The notes under the pieces: model-generated | What the model was told of the DNA's origin: nothing | Databases searched by the model: none | The model's input: only the letters and a program-made list of their open reading frames with translations | Part shown: one piece after another, positions 19,459 to 30,654 of the stretch | Numbering within the stretch: the first letter of the stretch is position 1 | How the letters are laid out: each line of letters begins with the position of its first letter | Program-made: the position numbers and the translations under genes | NCBI GenBank assembly: GCA_963678315.1 | Contig: OY782781.1 | Coordinates: forward strand, 1,184,001 to 1,248,000 | Origin: Candidatus Cloacimonadales bacterium | Lineage (GTDB): Bacteria; Cloacimonadota; Cloacimonadia; Cloacimonadales; JAFGVF01 | Direction: 5' to 3' | DNA: 64,000 nt

Positions 19459-22400
19459 TGCTAGTATTGCTCCTAATAACTCTTTGATTTCTTACTTGAT
19501 TATCAGTAGTTGCTACAACTTTGAAGAACATTTTTGTCTCTAAGTCTGGGTTTTGAATGGAATATGACGTCTCTGAAGTATAGATAAAGTCCATGCCTTC
19601 TATATCAAAATCAATTATATCTGAACTATAAATCTTATATCCTATGGCGTTTTCTATTGCTGTCCATTGGAGAAGAAGCTCATTTGCAGTTGTATTTTCC
19701 GTAATGCTGACATTAGGAACTTCTAGTTGTGAATTACTAAATCCAGGTGTTGGACTAGCAAAGACTTGCCAATTATCCCCACCATCAAGTGTTCTTCCAT
19801 AAGAAGTATCGGTTTGCAGAGTAACAGCATCAATAAAGTTCATAGTAACGGCTCCAATAACACTTGTGATTATCAGCGGTTCTCCACTTGAACTAATCTT
19901 GAAGTTAGTATGAATTTCACCATTTGGAGCAGTGATATTGTTGTCAGATGCCCATATTTGGATAAACTCTTGTGGTTGCAATATGTATTCAGGGAACTGC
20001 CATTTGCTTGGATTAAGAGAATCGTCACTAAGATAATAGTCATTAAGTTGAACAGCAATTTGACCATTGTTATATATTTCAATCCAATCAGAATCATTGC
20101 CATAATAGTCTGTGAAGCCCTGACCTGTTAAAGTAGAGTTAGCACTCATAAACTCATTAATAACAATAGATGCTTGCGGTGCAGTGTCAGATACAAAGTT
20201 AGCAGTAAGGGTAATATCCCCAGATAGTGTCACTGTTATGCTATTTGTTGCTTCATTACTATCACCACTCCAACCTTGGAATGAATATCCTCTATTAGGA
20301 ATAGCTTTTATTACAATAGGGAGACCATTAAAATATAGTCCACTCCATGGATAAATGTTTGAAGTATCAACACCTGGAAGGCTTTCATTTACTCTAATTG
20401 TTGAAATTTGAATTATACCCATGCTTTCATCATTAACATTGAGAGAAACATTTGATGTACCGTCAATAAATGGGAACTTTTCAATGAAATGTTGCCTTAT
20501 GTTAGGATTTCTGTCATTTACGAAATTCCTTAAAGACTGAATTTTAGCATCCCATTCTACTAAGTTATCAGGAGAAGACCAACGCTGAGTATGATAAGTC
20601 ATCTCATGACTGATTCTCTCTTTCATCTCTTCGATTAATGGAGCAGTTCTTTCTTCTCTAAAGTTAGAGTTTAGCAAGTCAGCCATTCTGTTTATAAACT
20701 TATTCCTTACTTCTTCTGAACCAATCTTAGGACTGCTATTAGCAGGGTCATAAGGATAATCTCCAAGAAGGCTTCTAGTTAATAGTCTAAACATGTCTTG
20801 CCAGTTATCATGCCAAGTTGTAGCATCCTCAAGAGTGTTATCTGTAGCTGAACCACTATATTCACCTAAGCCACTATCCAAGTCATATAAGAGCCAACGC
20901 CATCTGCCATCATGTCCTCTTCTTGCATCTGGTTGATTAACATCAAGGTGCTTTCTCCACATCCTAAGGTTATTATAGGGCCAGTCATAGTTTGCTGCAT
21001 AGATTTCTGTTGCATAGTAATCAATAAAATTGTTAATATCAATCATGCTTGATAACTGAGCAAATGCTGTAGGTTCAGACATATCATTGTTTTCAAGGAG
21101 ATTACGTAAATCCATAAAGGCTTCATCAGTGCCATTCTCAGCTATAAACTGATTCTGATAAGCAATAATATCAACCTGATCCTCTGGAATACCATAAGTC
21201 TCTTCTATATAGTCTTCATCAAGTCTGTTTCTGATATTGTGTAAGCCCCAATATTCTCCATTAATGAAAACTACAACAGGTTTATATTGCATTCTTTCAA
21301 TATTTAAACCTCCAGCAAGATTGTGTATAAAGGCATCTCTAAAGTTAGTCTTGTTAGAGTCTTGGCCAGAGTTTCTCAGGATAAACTTATGGAACTTGTC
21401 TTGGTTATAGTCTGGGAATAGTTGGTATTCAAACATATCTCCACCATATTCATCCCTAGCATAGAGTCTTAGTGATTTTCTATTTCTTCTTGTAGAAGCA
21501 CCACCATGAATTCTAATACCACATTCACGTGCCATAGATAACTCAAGACCATTGTCAAAGTATTCAACATAAGCTGGACGTTCCCAATCAGGACCTGACT
21601 GATTATAATTAGCATTGTGCCAATCAGTATTATCTGCTTGGAAACCTGCACCGGGTACGTAAATACCTGATTCATCGCTGAAAAGATTATCTTGATCCGT
21701 TGTTATTGAGAATACAGAAAGGTCGAATCTAGAGCTTATCCCTGTTCCAATAAAGTAACTTCTAGTATCAATAGAACTTGGAACATAACCATTCTGGATA
21801 ACTCTGCATTTTAAGACTGTTGCTTTATCTACTATTGATTGGGGTTCAGTCCAGAAATCAGTTTCAGAAAGATAATCCTCTGTTCCTTCAGGAATAGTAG
21901 TTCTAATTGTAGAAATACCATTGGCTTCATTCATTCGAGACGAGATGGTTAATGGTCCAGTATATAGGTTTGATTGAGCAGTCGGTTCAGAACCGTCTAA
22001 AGTATAGTAAATAGAACCAGCAGTGTTGCTGTGTGATAAAGTTACAACTTGTGTATCTTCATAAAAACCAGCATCTAATGACACTGTGCAAGGTTCAAGA
22101 ATTGGCTGTGCAGTAGTAAAGTTTTCTGCATTAGGGGTAGGGGATAAGAAGATTGAATGATAGTGTGGGTTTTCAAATATTCTACCATAAGAAGCATCTT
22201 CAGGTATATAGACTCCTCTAATATGGTCAATTTCATTACTTGCTAGGTCAGAAAAGATTATCTTTTCTCCACTTCTACTGATACTGAAGTTAGTATGGAT
22301 TTCATCTACAATAAGGCTGTCTTTGTTAGAACACCAAAGTAGGTAGTAACTATTAGGATCAAGTATTAATTCTGGGAACTTCCACTTGTTCAAATCTGTT

Positions 22401-25342
22401 TCATCATCCGTTAACATAAATTGGTTGAGATTAATTGGATAGTCTTTTTGGTTCCATAACTCTATCCAATCACTGTAATCTCCTTCTGCATCAGCAAGAA
22501 GTGTTTCATTGTCTGAACACACTTCATTTAGATAGATGGCTTCACTAAAGTTGTAGCTTAATTCATTGTTATTTCCTGGACTTGGATAAGCAACTTCTTC
22601 CCATTGAGAGATATTGTCCCAGCGCCTAGCTTTTGAATAGTTATTGCCACTTACACTGCAAGGAACAGAGTCAATTACACTAATGCTATCAAAGTGTGAC
22701 AGATACAAGGTCTCAGTAGAACTGAGCTTGAAGTTAGTATGCATATATCCATGGTCATCTTGCCTATCTTTGTTATCAGCCCAAAAGAGTAAAATTTCAT
22801 TAGGGTTAATAATTTTATCTTCAATTAACCATTTACCTAGGTTGTTAATATCATCAGAAAGATAGAGTCCATCTAAATCAATTGCATCTAGTCCATAATT
22901 AATGAGTTCGAACCAGTCTCCATCATCTCCTTCATGGTCATCAAAATAATTATCATTAGAAGACATTACTTCGTTAATATAGAGACTATAGTCAGGTAGT
23001 TGATACATAGGATTTAAGAGTCCTGGTGAAGGGGCTAGATACTCATAAATCAAATCACTACCATTTGGATAACGACCCAGACTATAATCAATATCTGTAG
23101 CTTCTGCATAGAAAGTGTTTATGACAGTCTGTCCATCACTAGCCACCAGAATTACTTCTTCTCCTTCCGAAGAGATTGAGAAGTTAGTATGAATTTCATT
23201 ATTTGCGTAAGTTGTATCTGCTCCACTGCACCAAAAAAGAGCTACACTATTAGCAGGAAGTAGAGTATTAGGAATCTGCCATTTTGTATAGTTTTGCCAG
23301 TTATCAGAAAGGTACATTCCACCTAGATTCACAGTTTGATTAGACGCATTGTATATTTCTATCCAGTCAGAAGAAATACCAGTGTAATCTAAATCTTCAA
23401 GTTCACCGTTATTCTTAACTTCATTGATGAAGATATCTTCTATAGGCGCACCATTCAAATTATCTGTGTATGGTGTTGGGGTATTAGAGATTTGCCATGT
23501 ATTATTTAACAGACTATATGATTGATTGTCTCCTAAAATGGAAGTAGTAATATTCGAGTAGTTTCCTCCATCTAAGCCAGTAAGAATAAGGTCTTCACCA
23601 CTTGCTGAAATAGAAAAATTAGTATGGTTCTTCTTGTCTTTTCCAGATGCCCAAACTACATGATATTCATTAGGAAGCAAGGCAATATTAGAAAATTGCC
23701 ACTTGTTTGCTTCAGCCATATCATCGCTTAGTGAGAAGTAGTTAAGATTTATAGGAAATAAGCCATTGTTATGCAATTCTATCCAGTCTGAATAGTTTCC
23801 ATCGTTATCAGTAATAAAGTTCTGGTTCTTAGCCATAACCTCAGTAATTTGAACATCTATACCGCTTGATTGGACTTGATTAAGGCTTCCTGGTGTAGGA
23901 ATTGAAAAGACATTGTGAAACTCAGAGTTAAAAGATGCTCTTCCAAAAGAATAATCAGCTGGAATATCAATAGCTTTGACTGAGTCAATTATGGTTTCGT
24001 AGTCAACAAAAGTTAAATAAACACTTTCACCATCATTATTTAGCTTGAAGTTGGTATTAAGTCCTGGCAATGGGTATTGTTGGTTACACCAGACAACTAT
24101 TCTTTGTCCAGCGGGAATTATAGTATCAGGGAAGGTCCATTTGGTAAGGTCATCTCTATCATCTGATAGAAAATAATTGCTAAGGTCCAAGCTTTCTGTA
24201 CCGGCATTGTATAGCTCAATCCAATCTGATTGCTGACCAAAGCTATCTAAGTAATTAGAATGTGTCCACGAATTATTATTATACATGACTTCTGAAATAT
24301 ATAAATCATTTGGTAATTCATTTGTAGGAGTATTATCATGAAGGAACTCTGTATAACCTATTTCCCATAAGTTAGTATCTGTAGCAGTCCCTCCGTCAGA
24401 AGAGTACCAAACTTTGAAGTTAAGGTGATTATTGATTTTGTATGGAAGAATTGTTGAACGGTAGATATTGTTATCCCAAGCATTCTGTACACCCTGTAAA
24501 ATAGGGCTATCAGCCATAGTCCAATTTATACCATTATCTGAAACAGCTAGATATAAATCACCACCTCTAGGTGCTCCTGAAGGTCCAACAGAAGATAGCA
24601 TATAATATTTCCCATCAATATAAGTTACATCAAGGTGCCATATCTCAAAGCTTCCAGCAATTACGCCTAGGTCTGTAGCTATAGGATCTGACCAGCCACT
24701 AGTAAGATTATCAGAAGTCCTCAAATTAATAGTTCTAGGACTAGTCTTTGTGTTTACTGTCCACATCTTATATTCATTATCGTCTCTTACTAAAGCAGGA
24801 GAAATAACCCTTTCAGTGGAATATCCATCAGTCTCAAGTAAAAATTGATTATCACTCCAGTTGATACCATCAGTAGAATAGACGTATCTGATAGTTTCAT
24901 ATCTCCAACCAGTATGCTCTCTCCAAAATACATACATGGTTTGATTGTCTTCTGACATAATAATATCAGGATCTGAATGATAGTAATTGTTTGGATTGTA
25001 GGAATCATTAAAAGGAGTCATTATTGGATTTACTAACCCTTCAGGTGCTAGCCAGTTTAATCCATCTTGTGAAACTGCTATGGAAGGATTCTCAAATTGA
25101 GCGTTAGAGTTAGGGAATGGTGTGTAAGCCATCCAGTATTGGTAGCCTTGCCAGCCTTCTTCAAAATAAACTACATCTGGGTGAACAACTTCATTGTTAC
25201 CTTCAACATAGGATTCTATTGCTAAAGGTTCATCAGCATTATCAGCTTGATAACCATTTATATCTTGATGAATAACAATACTATACAGGTTTACGACCTG
25301 AAACAAAATAAAACAGCAAATATTTATCAACAACCTTTTCAT
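19430..25342 (-). CDS. Large secreted CotH-kinase-family protein with an N-terminal glycosidase-like propeller and six lamin-tail domains
   Basis: Signal peptide, six (I/L)(N/S/T)E(V/F)...DW(I/F)E(L/I)xN repeats, IYYTLDGSEP. CotH motifs GIRIHGG, KSLRLYAR, NGEYWG, NYDWPYNN and WRWLLYDLD. Confidence 0.85.
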   Translation of the reverse strand: MKRLLINICCFILFQVVNLYSIVIHQDINGYQADNADEPLAIESYVEGNNEVVHPDVVYFEEGWQGYQYWMAYTPFPNSNAQFENPSIAVSQDGLNWLAPEGLVNPIMTPFNDSYNPNNYYHSDPDIIMSEDNQTMYVFWREHTGWRYETIRYVYSTDGINWSDNQFLLETDGYSTERVISPALVRDDNEYKMWTVNTKTSPRTINLRTSDNLTSGWSDPIATDLGVIAGSFEIWHLDVTYIDGKYYMLSSVGPSGAPRGGDLYLAVSDNGINWTMADSPILQGVQNAWDNNIYRSTILPYKINNHLNFKVWYSSDGGTATDTNLWEIGYTEFLHDNTPTNELPNDLYISEVMYNNNSWTHSNYLDSFGQQSDWIELYNAGTESLDLSNYFLSDDRDDLTKWTFPDTIIPAGQRIVVWCNQQYPLPGLNTNFKLNNDGESVYLTFVDYETIIDSVKAIDIPADYSFGRASFNSEFHNVFSIPTPGSLNQVQSSGIDVQITEVMAKNQNFITDNDGNYSDWIELHNNGLFPINLNYFSLSDDMAEANKWQFSNIALLPNEYHVVWASGKDKKNHTNFSISASGEDLILTGLDGGNYSNITTSILGDNQSYSLLNNTWQISNTPTPYTDNLNGAPIEDIFINEVKNNGELEDLDYTGISSDWIEIYNASNQTVNLGGMYLSDNWQNYTKWQIPNTLLPANSVALFWCSGADTTYANNEIHTNFSISSEGEEVILVASDGQTVINTFYAEATDIDYSLGRYPNGSDLIYEYLAPSPGLLNPMYQLPDYSLYINEVMSSNDNYFDDHEGDDGDWFELINYGLDAIDLDGLYLSDDINNLGKWLIEDKIINPNEILLFWADNKDRQDDHGYMHTNFKLSSTETLYLSHFDSISVIDSVPCSVSGNNYSKARRWDNISQWEEVAYPSPGNNNELSYNFSEAIYLNEVCSDNETLLADAEGDYSDWIELWNQKDYPINLNQFMLTDDETDLNKWKFPELILDPNSYYLLWCSNKDSLIVDEIHTNFSISRSGEKIIFSDLASNEIDHIRGVYIPEDASYGRIFENPHYHSIFLSPTPNAENFTTAQPILEPCTVSLDAGFYEDTQVVTLSHSNTAGSIYYTLDGSEPTAQSNLYTGPLTISSRMNEANGISTIRTTIPEGTEDYLSETDFWTEPQSIVDKATVLKCRVIQNGYVPSSIDTRSYFIGTGISSRFDLSVFSITTDQDNLFSDESGIYVPGAGFQADNTDWHNANYNQSGPDWERPAYVEYFDNGLELSMARECGIRIHGGASTRRNRKSLRLYARDEYGGDMFEYQLFPDYNQDKFHKFILRNSGQDSNKTNFRDAFIHNLAGGLNIERMQYKPVVVFINGEYWGLHNIRNRLDEDYIEETYGIPEDQVDIIAYQNQFIAENGTDEAFMDLRNLLENNDMSEPTAFAQLSSMIDINNFIDYYATEIYAANYDWPYNNLRMWRKHLDVNQPDARRGHDGRWRWLLYDLDSGLGEYSGSATDNTLEDATTWHDNWQDMFRLLTRSLLGDYPYDPANSSPKIGSEEVRNKFINRMADLLNSNFREERTAPLIEEMKERISHEMTYHTQRWSSPDNLVEWDAKIQSLRNFVNDRNPNIRQHFIEKFPFIDGTSNVSLNVNDESMGIIQISTIRVNESLPGVDTSNIYPWSGLYFNGLPIVIKAIPNRGYSFQGWSGDSNEATNSITVTLSGDITLTANFVSDTAPQASIVINEFMSANSTLTGQGFTDYYGNDSDWIEIYNNGQIAVQLNDYYLSDDSLNPSKWQFPEYILQPQEFIQIWASDNNITAPNGEIHTNFKISSSGEPLIITSVIGAVTMNFIDAVTLQTDTSYGRTLDGGDNWQVFASPTPGFSNSQLEVPNVSITENTTANELLLQWTAIENAIGYKIYSSDIIDFDIEGMDFIYTSETSYSIQNPDLETKMFFKVVATTDNQVRNQRVIRSNTSNVRSSKRNY

Positions 25343-25552
25343 TAAACTCTCTCCAAAGCTTTTTTATTTCTTTAATTAAATTTATATCTTTTAAGTTAAT
25401 ATAGTTTAAAGTGAGATAATTGTCAATATTTTATATATCCTAAATGTTGATAGTCCATAAGATAATTCATTTAATTCTACATAATATGGTTTTCATTTCT
25501 ATATTTAGAATTGATTATATTGCAGTAAATAATTAATTACAGTTTAAAAGAA

Positions 25553-25626
25553 AAAACCTTGTTATTGATAACTATCAAAAAGCTCACTACAACTTCTTAA
25601 ATTATTACCTTCATAACAAGGTTTTA
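25553..25626 (-). terminator. Long-loop inverted repeat followed by a U-tract
   Basis: AAAACCTTGTTAT...ATAACAAGGTTTT with an A-run on the left. Confidence 0.4.
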
Positions 25627-25654
25627 AACTATATTCACTAAATTACAAATCTGG

Positions 25655-25878
25655 CACTTAAACATATATAAGGGACGATATGAGTAAGTTTGCTCGTGCC
25701 TAGTATATTAGCTAAATATACAATAATCCGAAAAGTTTGTTTTATCAATTGATATCTAGTGAGTGGTGAGTTGTTCAAGTTGAGTGGTAAAAAAAGATAT
25801 TGGATGGTTGGAAGAAAGACTATTGATAATCTTGGGTCTCCTGCATAAAATGCCAAATTAATGCAGGGGGCAAGTAAG
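25655..25878. repeat. Degenerate hairpin mosaic G
   Basis: CTCCTGCAT...ATGCAGGGGGCAAGTAAG (25831-25878) is shared with 41243, 49907 and 62491. Also a GGCAC...GTGCC hairpin. Confidence 0.7.
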
Positions 25879-25905
25879 CTTTTAGTCTTTTACAAAGAAA
25901 AGTCC

Positions 25906-25943
25906 AAAAAAAAAGGTTACCGTCTCTCACCTCGGTAACCTTT
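25906..25943 (-). terminator. fusA terminator
   Basis: AAAGGTTACCG...CGGTAACCTTT with an A9 run. Confidence 0.8.
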
Positions 25944-25973
25944 ATTAACTTAAAAAGGGGGATTTATTATTAT

Positions 25974-28049
25974 TTATTTCTTATCTTGATTATTCTTTCT
26001 AATCTCTTCTAACATCTTTTCTTCCATTTGTTTTGGAACTCTTTTGTAAGAAGCGAACTCTAATGAGAATTCAGATTTACCTTGAGTTAAAGATCTTAGA
26101 ACAGTTGGGTAACCAAAGATTTCTGATAATGGAACTTCAGCGATAACTCTTGTGAAAGCATCATCAATTTCAGTATCAAGAACGATACCACGTCTTTGGT
26201 TGATAGAGCCCATCACGTTTCCTCTAAATTCAGAAGGAGTTTCGATTTCAATCTTCATGATAGGTTCCATTATATAAGGACTTGCCTTTCTATAAACTTC
26301 TTTGAAAGCAGCTTTTGTAGCAACTTCGAAAGCCATTTGTGAAGAGTCAACTGGGTGATAAGAACCATCGTTAAGTTCTAATTCAACACCAACAACAGGG
26401 AAACCTGTTAACTCACCTTTTTCAAGAGAAGCTCTAAAACCTTTCTCTACTGAAGGGATGTATGTACCAGGAATTACACCACCAGTGATCTTATCAAGGA
26501 ATGATGAATCACCTTCAACAGGTCTGATAAGACCAGCAATCTTAGCAAACTGTCCACGACCACCAGATTGTTTTTTGTGAGTATATGAGAATGCTGTTTC
26601 CACACCAATAGATTCTCTATAAGAAACTTCTGGTTGTCCAGTTTCGATATCAACTTTATATTCTCTTTTCATTCTTTCAATATAAACATCTAAGTGAAGT
26701 TCACCCATACCAGAAATGATTGTTTGACCTGATTCTTCATCAGTTCTATATCTGAAAGTAGGGTCTTCTTTGGTGAATCTATTTAAAGCTTTACCCATGT
26801 TGTTAAGAGATTTCTTATCTTTACAGGTAACAGCTAAAGAGATGATAGGTTCAGGAACGTACATTGATTTAAGTGAAATCTTTCTATCACCAGAAACAAA
26901 AGTATCACCTAATGAACAATCAACACCGAAGATAGCGATAATATCACCTGCTTCACCTTGGTTGATATCTTCCATAGAATCAGAGTGCATTCTGATAAGT
27001 CTACCAACTTTGATTCTCTTGTTAGAAGAAATATTAGTAATGTCAGAACCTTTCTTTAAAGTACCTTGATAGATTCTAACATAAGTAAGCTGACCATAAA
27101 CTTGGTTATCAAGTTTGAAAGCCATAGCTACTAAGTCTTCTTCTGGAGAATGAGAAAGTTCGATTTCAACATCACCATTATCAACATCGAATGCTTTGTT
27201 AGTAACATCGTTTGGAGCAGGTAAATATGTCAAAACAGCATCAAGAAGTGTTTGAACACCTTTGTTTTTATAAGCAGTACCCATGAATACAGGTGTTAAA
27301 TCTCTAGAGATTGTACCAATTCTAACTGCTTCATTGATTTGTTCTTCAGTTTCGTTACCTTCTAAGAAAGCTTCCATTAATTCTTCTGAGAACATAGATG
27401 CTTCATTGATAAGCTCTTCTCTTTTTTCTTCTGCTAAGTCAACTAAATCAGCAGGAATATCTGCATATACTATTTCGTCGCCCTTAGGACCTTCATAGTA
27501 AACAGCTTTCATTTTAACAAGGTCAACAACACCTTCAAACTTTTCACCTGTTCCGATAGGTAATTGCATCATTACAGCGTTTCTTCCTAATTTCTCTCTA
27601 ACTTGAGAAGCAACTTTGAAAGGATCTGCACCTTGTCTATCCATTTTATTAACGAATACAACGTTTGGAACTTCATATCTTTTTAACTGTCTGTCAACAG
27701 TGATAGTTTGAGACTGAACACCACCAACACTACAAAGAACAAGAATAGCTCCATCAAGAACTCTAAGAGCATTCTCAACCTCAATTGTGAAGTCAACGTG
27801 ACCAGGTGTGTCAATGATGTTTATATCGTAATCTTTCCAGCTAACACTTGTAGCAGCTGAAGCAATTGTGATTCCTCTCTCTTTTTCTAATTCCATTGAA
27901 TCCATTGTTGCACCAACACCATCTTTACCACGAACTTCATGAATTGCATGAATTTTTCCTGTATAATACAAGATTCTTTCAGTTAAGGTTGTCTTTCCTG
28001 AATCAATGTGAGCACTGATTCCAATGTTCCTTAATTTTGTAATGTCCAT
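25974..28049 (-). CDS. fusA: Elongation factor G (spdEFG1/mtEFG1-type)
   Basis: [46 protein letters not shown]. Confidence 0.95.
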   Translation of the reverse strand: MDITKLRNIGISAHIDSGKTTLTERILYYTGKIHAIHEVRGKDGVGATMDSMELEKERGITIASAATSVSWKDYDINIIDTPGHVDFTIEVENALRVLDGAILVLCSVGGVQSQTITVDRQLKRYEVPNVVFVNKMDRQGADPFKVASQVREKLGRNAVMMQLPIGTGEKFEGVVDLVKMKAVYYEGPKGDEIVYADIPADLVDLAEEKREELINEASMFSEELMEAFLEGNETEEQINEAVRIGTISRDLTPVFMGTAYKNKGVQTLLDAVLTYLPAPNDVTNKAFDVDNGDVEIELSHSPEEDLVAMAFKLDNQVYGQLTYVRIYQGTLKKGSDITNISSNKRIKVGRLIRMHSDSMEDINQGEAGDIIAIFGVDCSLGDTFVSGDRKISLKSMYVPEPIISLAVTCKDKKSLNNMGKALNRFTKEDPTFRYRTDEESGQTIISGMGELHLDVYIERMKREYKVDIETGQPEVSYRESIGVETAFSYTHKKQSGGRGQFAKIAGLIRPVEGDSSFLDKITGGVIPGTYIPSVEKGFRASLEKGELTGFPVVGVELELNDGSYHPVDSSQMAFEVATKAAFKEVYRKASPYIMEPIMKIEIETPSEFRGNVMGSINQRRGIVLDTEIDDAFTRVIAEVPLSEIFGYPTVLRSLTQGKSEFSLEFASYKRVPKQMEEKMLEEIRKNNQDKK

Positions 28050-28234
28050 TTTGTTTCCTTTTTTTTATTCCTTTGATTATTAATTTCATTTTTGTTTCGA
28101 CTTATTGAGTTGCAAAAAAAAAATTTGATTCTAATTTAGCAAGAAAAAAAATATTTACAATTTATTGATGATAAATTTATTGTTGTCTAAAATACTGTAA
28201 ATTTGGAATAAAAATGACATAGGAGAGCTCTTTT

Positions 28235-30610
28235 ATGCTTAAAAAAAACTTTTTTCTACTAATATTTCTAACACTTTTTTTGGGGTTATTTGGGCAATAT
28301 CAACAACCAAATAAACAAATTGTTGATATTTACGAAACACCAAAATCACCATATATAACAACTAAAGACTTAACAAGACGTTTTTTTGAAAGAAGAATTG
28401 ACTATGATATATCTTTAAATGAGCTTGCAGATCCTGTAATAGAGTTAGCGTCCAGAAGATTTTCTAAGAAACTTAATGCTAAGCGTGAATTTTATCCAAC
28501 AAGCCAATTAAGAATCCTAGACTTAGATAATGAAATAGATTTAAATGTTGATTTATCAGACTACAATAACATTAGAACTATATACAATTCTTATGACTAC
28601 TCTAAAGCAGTAATGACTCACGACTTTGAAGATGGAGTCGGCATGGTTCTTGTTGATTTTGAGACAGGGAAGACTAAAGAATTCAAAGGGATAAGACTTA
28701 ATGGTGCTATGGGCGATCCATCTGTTACTTGGTTTGCTGATAATAGACGTGTTTTAGTGAGAACACTGGTAAAGGATAGGGGAGAAGAACCTAAGTTTAA
28801 TTCTGCTCCTAAAAGTCCTATAATAGAAGAAACGGAAGGTAAGGTAAGTCAGTTAAGAACTTACACTAAACTTCTTAAATCTCCAGAAGATGAAGTTTTA
28901 TTCGATTATTATTTTACAAGTCAATTAGCAGTCTTGGATACTAAAACAGGTAAGTTAAAAAAGCTGGGAGAACCTGGTATCTATAAGTCAGCATCTCTTT
29001 CCCCAAACAACAAGTATCTTCTTGTGAAAACAGTTGAAAGACCCTACTCCTATGAAGTTCCTTATTACTATTTCCCATCTACAAGCCAAGTATGGAACCT
29101 TAAAGGCAAGGTCTTACAAGATATAATACATTATCCATTGCAAGATGAAATTCCAATAGGGGGGACTTATTCTCAAGCTCGTTATCATTATTGGTTGCCT
29201 ACAGAGAAAGCAACACTTATTTGGCTTGAAGCCCAAGATAATGGCGACCCTAAAGTAAAAGTCCCTTATCGTGATATTTGTTATACTTCTACATATCCTT
29301 TTAAAGAGAAGACAGAACTATATAGAACCGAATACAGAGCTTCAGGCCCTGACTTCTTTGATAATAATAAGTATTGTACATACACAGAATATGATAGAGA
29401 TAGGATTTGGTATAGACATTGGTTATTGAATCTTGAAACAGGTAATGCAAGCATTATAACAGATGCTTCAGCTAACAATTCTTATGCTGAAAAGGGTGAC
29501 CTTTATACTATATGGGATAAGAATAAGAATAGTGTAATATTGACTAATGGCGATTTTATCTACTTCAAGAATAATACAGGTGCTACTCCAGAAGGTAATA
29601 GACCTTACATTGCTTCTTATAATATTAAAACTAATGAATTCAAGAAGCTTTATCAATCAAATCTTGATTCTTATGAACAAATAATTGATTTTACTAATAA
29701 AGAACTCACCGAACTGTTAGTTGCTGTTCAGACTAAAGAAAAGCCAAGAAACTACTTCTTAGTTAATTTAGAGACTGGTGAAAGAACTGCTGTGACTAAC
29801 TACCAAGACCCTTATCCTGAATATGCTCACTTGAAGAAAGAACTAGTTAAGTATAAGAGAAGTGATGGAGTTGACTTAAATGGTATACTATATTTACCTC
29901 ATGATTACCAAGAAGGGGATAAGCTTCCTCTTGTAATTCATGCCTATCCAGAAGAATACACTAATAAATCTGATGCTGGGCAGGTTACGGGAACAGATAA
30001 AACATTCACTTGGTATTATGGTTCAAACATTAAGTACTTTGCCATGAATGGTTATGCCGTCTTGTATAATGCTTCAATCCCTATTGTTGGCGATCCTGAA
30101 ACAGTTAATGATACTTACATCGAACAGCTTATAGATGGTGTCCAATCTGCTGTTGATTATCTTGATAGCAGAGGTGTTATCGATACAACAAAAGTAGGTA
30201 TCATCGGTCACAGTTATGGTGCTTTCATGGTGGCTAATGTTCTTGCTCATTCAGATGTTTGCCAAGCTGGTATAGCTAAAAGTGGAGCATATAACAGAAC
30301 TCTAACTCCTTTTGGATTCCAAAGCGAAAGAAGAACTTTTTGGCAAGCTAAAGACTTTTATGTAAATGTTTCCCCATTCAGTAATGCTGATAAGATTAAT
30401 GAACCAATACTTCTTATTCATGGTGAGAAAGATCCTAACTCTGGTACTTATCCGATGCAGTCTAAGCGTCTCTATAAAGCTATCAAAGGTAATGGTGGAA
30501 CTTCTAAGCTAGTTATCTTACCTCTTGAAGAACATAGTTATAAAGCAAAAGAATCCCAGCTCCATGTTCTTTATGAAATGATGAACTGGTTCGACACATA
30601 CTTAAAATAG
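28235..30610 (+). CDS. S9 prolyl-oligopeptidase-family peptidase (S9D glutamyl-endopeptidase-like)
   Basis: GHSYGAFM, YNRTLTPFGFQSERRT, HGEKDPNSGT, E.HSY. Signal peptide. Confidence 0.88.
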   Translation: MLKKNFFLLIFLTLFLGLFGQYQQPNKQIVDIYETPKSPYITTKDLTRRFFERRIDYDISLNELADPVIELASRRFSKKLNAKREFYPTSQLRILDLDNEIDLNVDLSDYNNIRTIYNSYDYSKAVMTHDFEDGVGMVLVDFETGKTKEFKGIRLNGAMGDPSVTWFADNRRVLVRTLVKDRGEEPKFNSAPKSPIIEETEGKVSQLRTYTKLLKSPEDEVLFDYYFTSQLAVLDTKTGKLKKLGEPGIYKSASLSPNNKYLLVKTVERPYSYEVPYYYFPSTSQVWNLKGKVLQDIIHYPLQDEIPIGGTYSQARYHYWLPTEKATLIWLEAQDNGDPKVKVPYRDICYTSTYPFKEKTELYRTEYRASGPDFFDNNKYCTYTEYDRDRIWYRHWLLNLETGNASIITDASANNSYAEKGDLYTIWDKNKNSVILTNGDFIYFKNNTGATPEGNRPYIASYNIKTNEFKKLYQSNLDSYEQIIDFTNKELTELLVAVQTKEKPRNYFLVNLETGERTAVTNYQDPYPEYAHLKKELVKYKRSDGVDLNGILYLPHDYQEGDKLPLVIHAYPEEYTNKSDAGQVTGTDKTFTWYYGSNIKYFAMNGYAVLYNASIPIVGDPETVNDTYIEQLIDGVQSAVDYLDSRGVIDTTKVGIIGHSYGAFMVANVLAHSDVCQAGIAKSGAYNRTLTPFGFQSERRTFWQAKDFYVNVSPFSNADKINEPILLIHGEKDPNSGTYPMQSKRLYKAIKGNGGTSKLVILPLEEHSYKAKESQLHVLYEMMNWFDTYLK

Positions 30611-30654
30611 TAGCTTTTCTTTAGTTCAATGATTTATAAAAAGGATGTGTTAAA

